From Salisapilia sapeloensis CBS 127946 (lineage: Eukaryota; Protista; Oomycota), in contig JAADVB010000094.1 of the NCBI GenBank assembly GCA_023334545.1, positions 1-63,112 on the forward strand: a stretch of DNA of 63,112 nucleotides, written 5' to 3'. Positions 59,981 to 63,112 of the stretch are shown here, in pieces. The notes under the pieces were generated by a model. The model had not been told where the DNA came from. It made no database searches and worked only from the letters and a program-made list of their open reading frames with translations. Numbering within the stretch: position 1 is the stretch's first letter; each line of letters starts with the position of its first letter. A program made the translations under genes and the position numbers.

Positions 59981-61589
59981 CTTGTTTGGCTTTCTTTGGG
60001 CTATCCAAGCGAGCGAGAATTCGAATGTGAGCTTTTGCTGAGCCTACGAACTGGATGGGTACGCTGGACCTATCATTGAAGTCGGCCGACCAAACATTTT
60101 TATTACGCTTCACCTCGTGCGCCACGCCGAAACCTGCGAAAGTCGAAGCGCGCACCAATCACAGCAGTCCCTTTCGCTTGCTCAAGCTTTCGACATACCT
60201 GATGGAGCGGTAACTTGTTTATGTCTGCCATCGCATTTGATCTTTAAGAAAACAATGGATGGCATAGACTATTTTGTAGTGACGTCATGTGCATCAGTGT
60301 GCATGTCGCTTTTGCATACCTACCAAGAGAAATCTCGCGCGTGTCTTGACAATACTAGTGGCGGTACCACTGCGTGAGTGCGTGTCAGGAGTGCATGTTG
60401 GCATCGCCTTCGGCACGATGAGGATACAGAGCAAAATGCTTCGACAGATAACTTGCAAGCTACATGTAGACATTTAATCAAGTGCTTCGTCGCATGTATT
60501 ACATGCACCACGCCTTAAACATTTCTATGGCTCTGACCTGCATGCAAACAGAAAGCGACAACAGCGACCAATGAATCATGAAAGCGCGTGGATATGGAAT
60601 CGTATGGAAATTACGATCATGCTAATCCAAGCTGTAAGAGCACGAACGTGCAAACGGAAGCATAAAACTGAAGTAGTTTGCAATCGTCACTCTGATCTTT
60701 CCAACGTGCCGCGTGTGTCGCGTCATAGGAAACTAGCGTTCACCCGGGCACACACTTCATGCACCAATGACATTAAGCCCAGTCAAGAAATCACGTGGAC
60801 GAATCAATTCGGAAAGCACGAGGATCTCTTTAGAGGTTTATAAACTGCTGCAAATACTTGTTTGCATGCGGGTGATGAGAGCAGAGTGATATTCCTTTCA
60901 ATACGAATTGATAGTCGTGGAAGGAGCTCACCACGAGTGAACTTAGTAGTTTGTGCAGTCAAACTTGATCGCTTCTAATCAATGCTGTCATGTAAGGCTT
61001 TAGCCTTGCAGTGTACCATTATCTTTGTGCGTATGTCCATCAAGGAAGAGCAAGTTCGAAATGAAACATTCGTTTTGATGAAGTATCCATCTCTTTCAAA
61101 CACTCTTTACAGCACGCATGTGAGTCAGTGACACAGCGATGAAGAAGCTCATGCCTACCACGTGGATAGCTTTTAAAGTTAAACACTTGAATTGATTGTT
61201 CGTATGGGTAACGATGATATAGCTACCCAGAATCTCCTGATCATTTGTACATTCATATCGCCACTTATTTGTAGGTTCTCTAGCCATCACTGTGTTGCAG
61301 GATATCGCTTGCCTGACATCGTTCTGACCATAAAACAGTGTATTTTTGCAATTGGGTGGATGGAGGATAGCCGATAAGCCAAGCTTCCAATTACGAATTA
61401 CAAGACAATCTTGCATAGCAATCAAGTGAGGATAGTAGCAGCTCCCATGCACTGCAGTAAGCTACAACCAAGTATTTTAAAAAGCACAAACACAGATTTT
61501 TATCGTCTTCTTCCTTATCCCGATCAATGGATTTGGTAACTTACGATAGATACTAATACATACGCTGCTACTCTTTATAAACTTCGCAG

Positions 61590-62390
61590 TCACTTCGCGC
61601 TATCTCTGCATGTAGGACAGCTCACGGACGAGTTAAACCACACGCAGAGGCACGAATCATGGAATCGATGTCCACACGGCATTTCGACACCGTTCGCACC
61701 GGCTAAGTCAGGATCTTGTGGAATGCGCACCAGATCAAGGCAAATGGCACATTCCTCATCGTCTTCCGGCTCAACGGGTTGTGCGCCCACCTCCTTTGAA
61801 GTCGCCACTGGCTCAAGCGGCCTCAACTGCTCCATCGCTTGATCTTCGTCTTGATACTCAATATGGCAGAACTCTTCCGTCATCCGCCAGATCTCGCGTA
61901 GAGTCTTGCAAGACGGCAAGTAGGTCGCGTTCAGCGCAACTATCTGCATGACTTTATAAAAGAAGTTCTCGATACGATAGATCTTTTCCGAGAGATGGCT
62001 GTTTCCAATTGCTGCCGACATTGGAATCTTCTTCCAGGCTTTGATTTGGTCCTTCAAGCTCTCACACACGGTGCAATCGTACTTAGAGGATATGGATCCG
62101 CGTGATGATACTTTCGTGGCATCTTTCTGGCAAAGATTCTCTTTCATCATGTGCAGTAACCTCGACTCAAAGTGTCTGACTTTGGCCACGGAAGTGACGA
62201 AATGCCATTCCGGTCCTTGAGGCGGCACCATGTACACGATGAAAGCTGCGGACCAGTGCTTGCTGTCCGAAACCGAGTAGCCAATGCGAATGCCGAGATG
62301 ATCCAGACTAGCGCCACGATGAATGTCGGCCAATTCCTCAATACGAGAGACGGACTGCTGTGGCGTCGGATTGGCGATTGATACGGCCAT
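61590..62390 (-). CDS. RING-H2 zinc finger protein (putative E3 ligase)
   Basis: C-terminal CAICLD..MPCGHRFHDSCLCVWF..SCPTCR (C3H2C3). Confidence 0.88.
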   Translation of the reverse strand: MAVSIANPTPQQSVSRIEELADIHRGASLDHLGIRIGYSVSDSKHWSAAFIVYMVPPQGPEWHFVTSVAKVRHFESRLLHMMKENLCQKDATKVSSRGSISSKYDCTVCESLKDQIKAWKKIPMSAAIGNSHLSEKIYRIENFFYKVMQIVALNATYLPSCKTLREIWRMTEEFCHIEYQDEDQAMEQLRPLEPVATSKEVGAQPVEPEDDEECAICLDLVRIPQDPDLAGANGVEMPCGHRFHDSCLCVWFNSSVSCPTCRDSAK

Positions 62391-63112
62391 CGGTTGAAGA
62401 GGTTGCGAAGCTTACGACGTGGATGACAAGTTGGGAAGTGATCGACAGACAGATAGCAAGGTCTGAGATATTGCTATCTGATAAGCCAGTAGCTAGGAGC
62501 GAGAACGTTCGCGTGTGTCCAAATCTATTTTTTCTCACAATTGCATTGGACACGAACCTTTCCGAGTTGTTTGGTCGAAGATGATAAACTTTTCATATGA
62601 GTGACTCATCTGATCAGGTGTGAAGCAAAGCACTTTAGCTGCAAGGAGAAGCCACGCGAAAGCCAATGGCTTGGCCAGATGTCCATGATTCATACAAAAT
62701 CTTAGCTTATCTATTACTAATTCAGACTTGTATTCCGACTTTCGCTAAGAAGCATACGTATATTTTTCGCTTGTACATGTATCTCATTCTCAGCAATACA
62801 CTTCGCATTTATACGGCGTTCAGCACTCATCGCTAAAGGTATCCCACGAGCCTTCAACTCATATGCTACTGGTCTTGACAGACTTTACTTGATACGCCGG
62901 ATATGATATACGCTTCAAACTCTACTTGGATTCATACGACTGTATTAATTCACTCATCTTCTCCTTTACATTTCACATCTCTCTACTCGAAATGGCCGCT
63001 CCTGCCTTGATTTTCTGCTCGATGCGGCTTTGGCGGGAGATTTGAACGTGGATTCGACTTGATCACAAGTCTTGGGTCGCCTGGGGTGCGATTTTGAGTC
63101 GATGTGTCCCGC

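Noticed and set aside
61096-61452. 118 aa minus-strand ORF
   Set aside because: No motif or supporting splice context recognised; the length is attainable by chance.

Overview
Compact, intron-containing eukaryotic DNA that looks like an oomycete or related flagellated stramenopile. Evidence: oomycete-type Inr/FPR core-promoter motifs, 40-60 nt GT-AG introns, centriole/cilium genes, and very short intergenic gaps. I can support about 32 protein-coding genes, mostly housekeeping, plus two tRNA genes. No mobile element, rRNA or CRISPR array is recognisable. The most striking signal is a tRNA-Ala(AGC)/tRNA-His(GTG) dicistron separated by a single G at the His -1 position. tRNase Z cleavage of tRNA-Ala could therefore directly yield a G-1-bearing tRNA-His without Thg1. 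Other notable items: an OS-9-type MRH lectin fused to an EDEM GH47-PA mannosidase; an Hsp110 lacking its substrate-binding beta domain but fused to a carboxylate-clamp TPR; a probable M1AP-like meiotic protein; a Cys-less pentameric ligand-gated channel with extra domains; a doubly degenerate TPS/TPP pseudoenzyme; and a C2/C2-DysF paralogue cluster. All family assignments are by motif recognition from memory, with no database search. Exon boundaries of multi-exon genes were inferred by eye.
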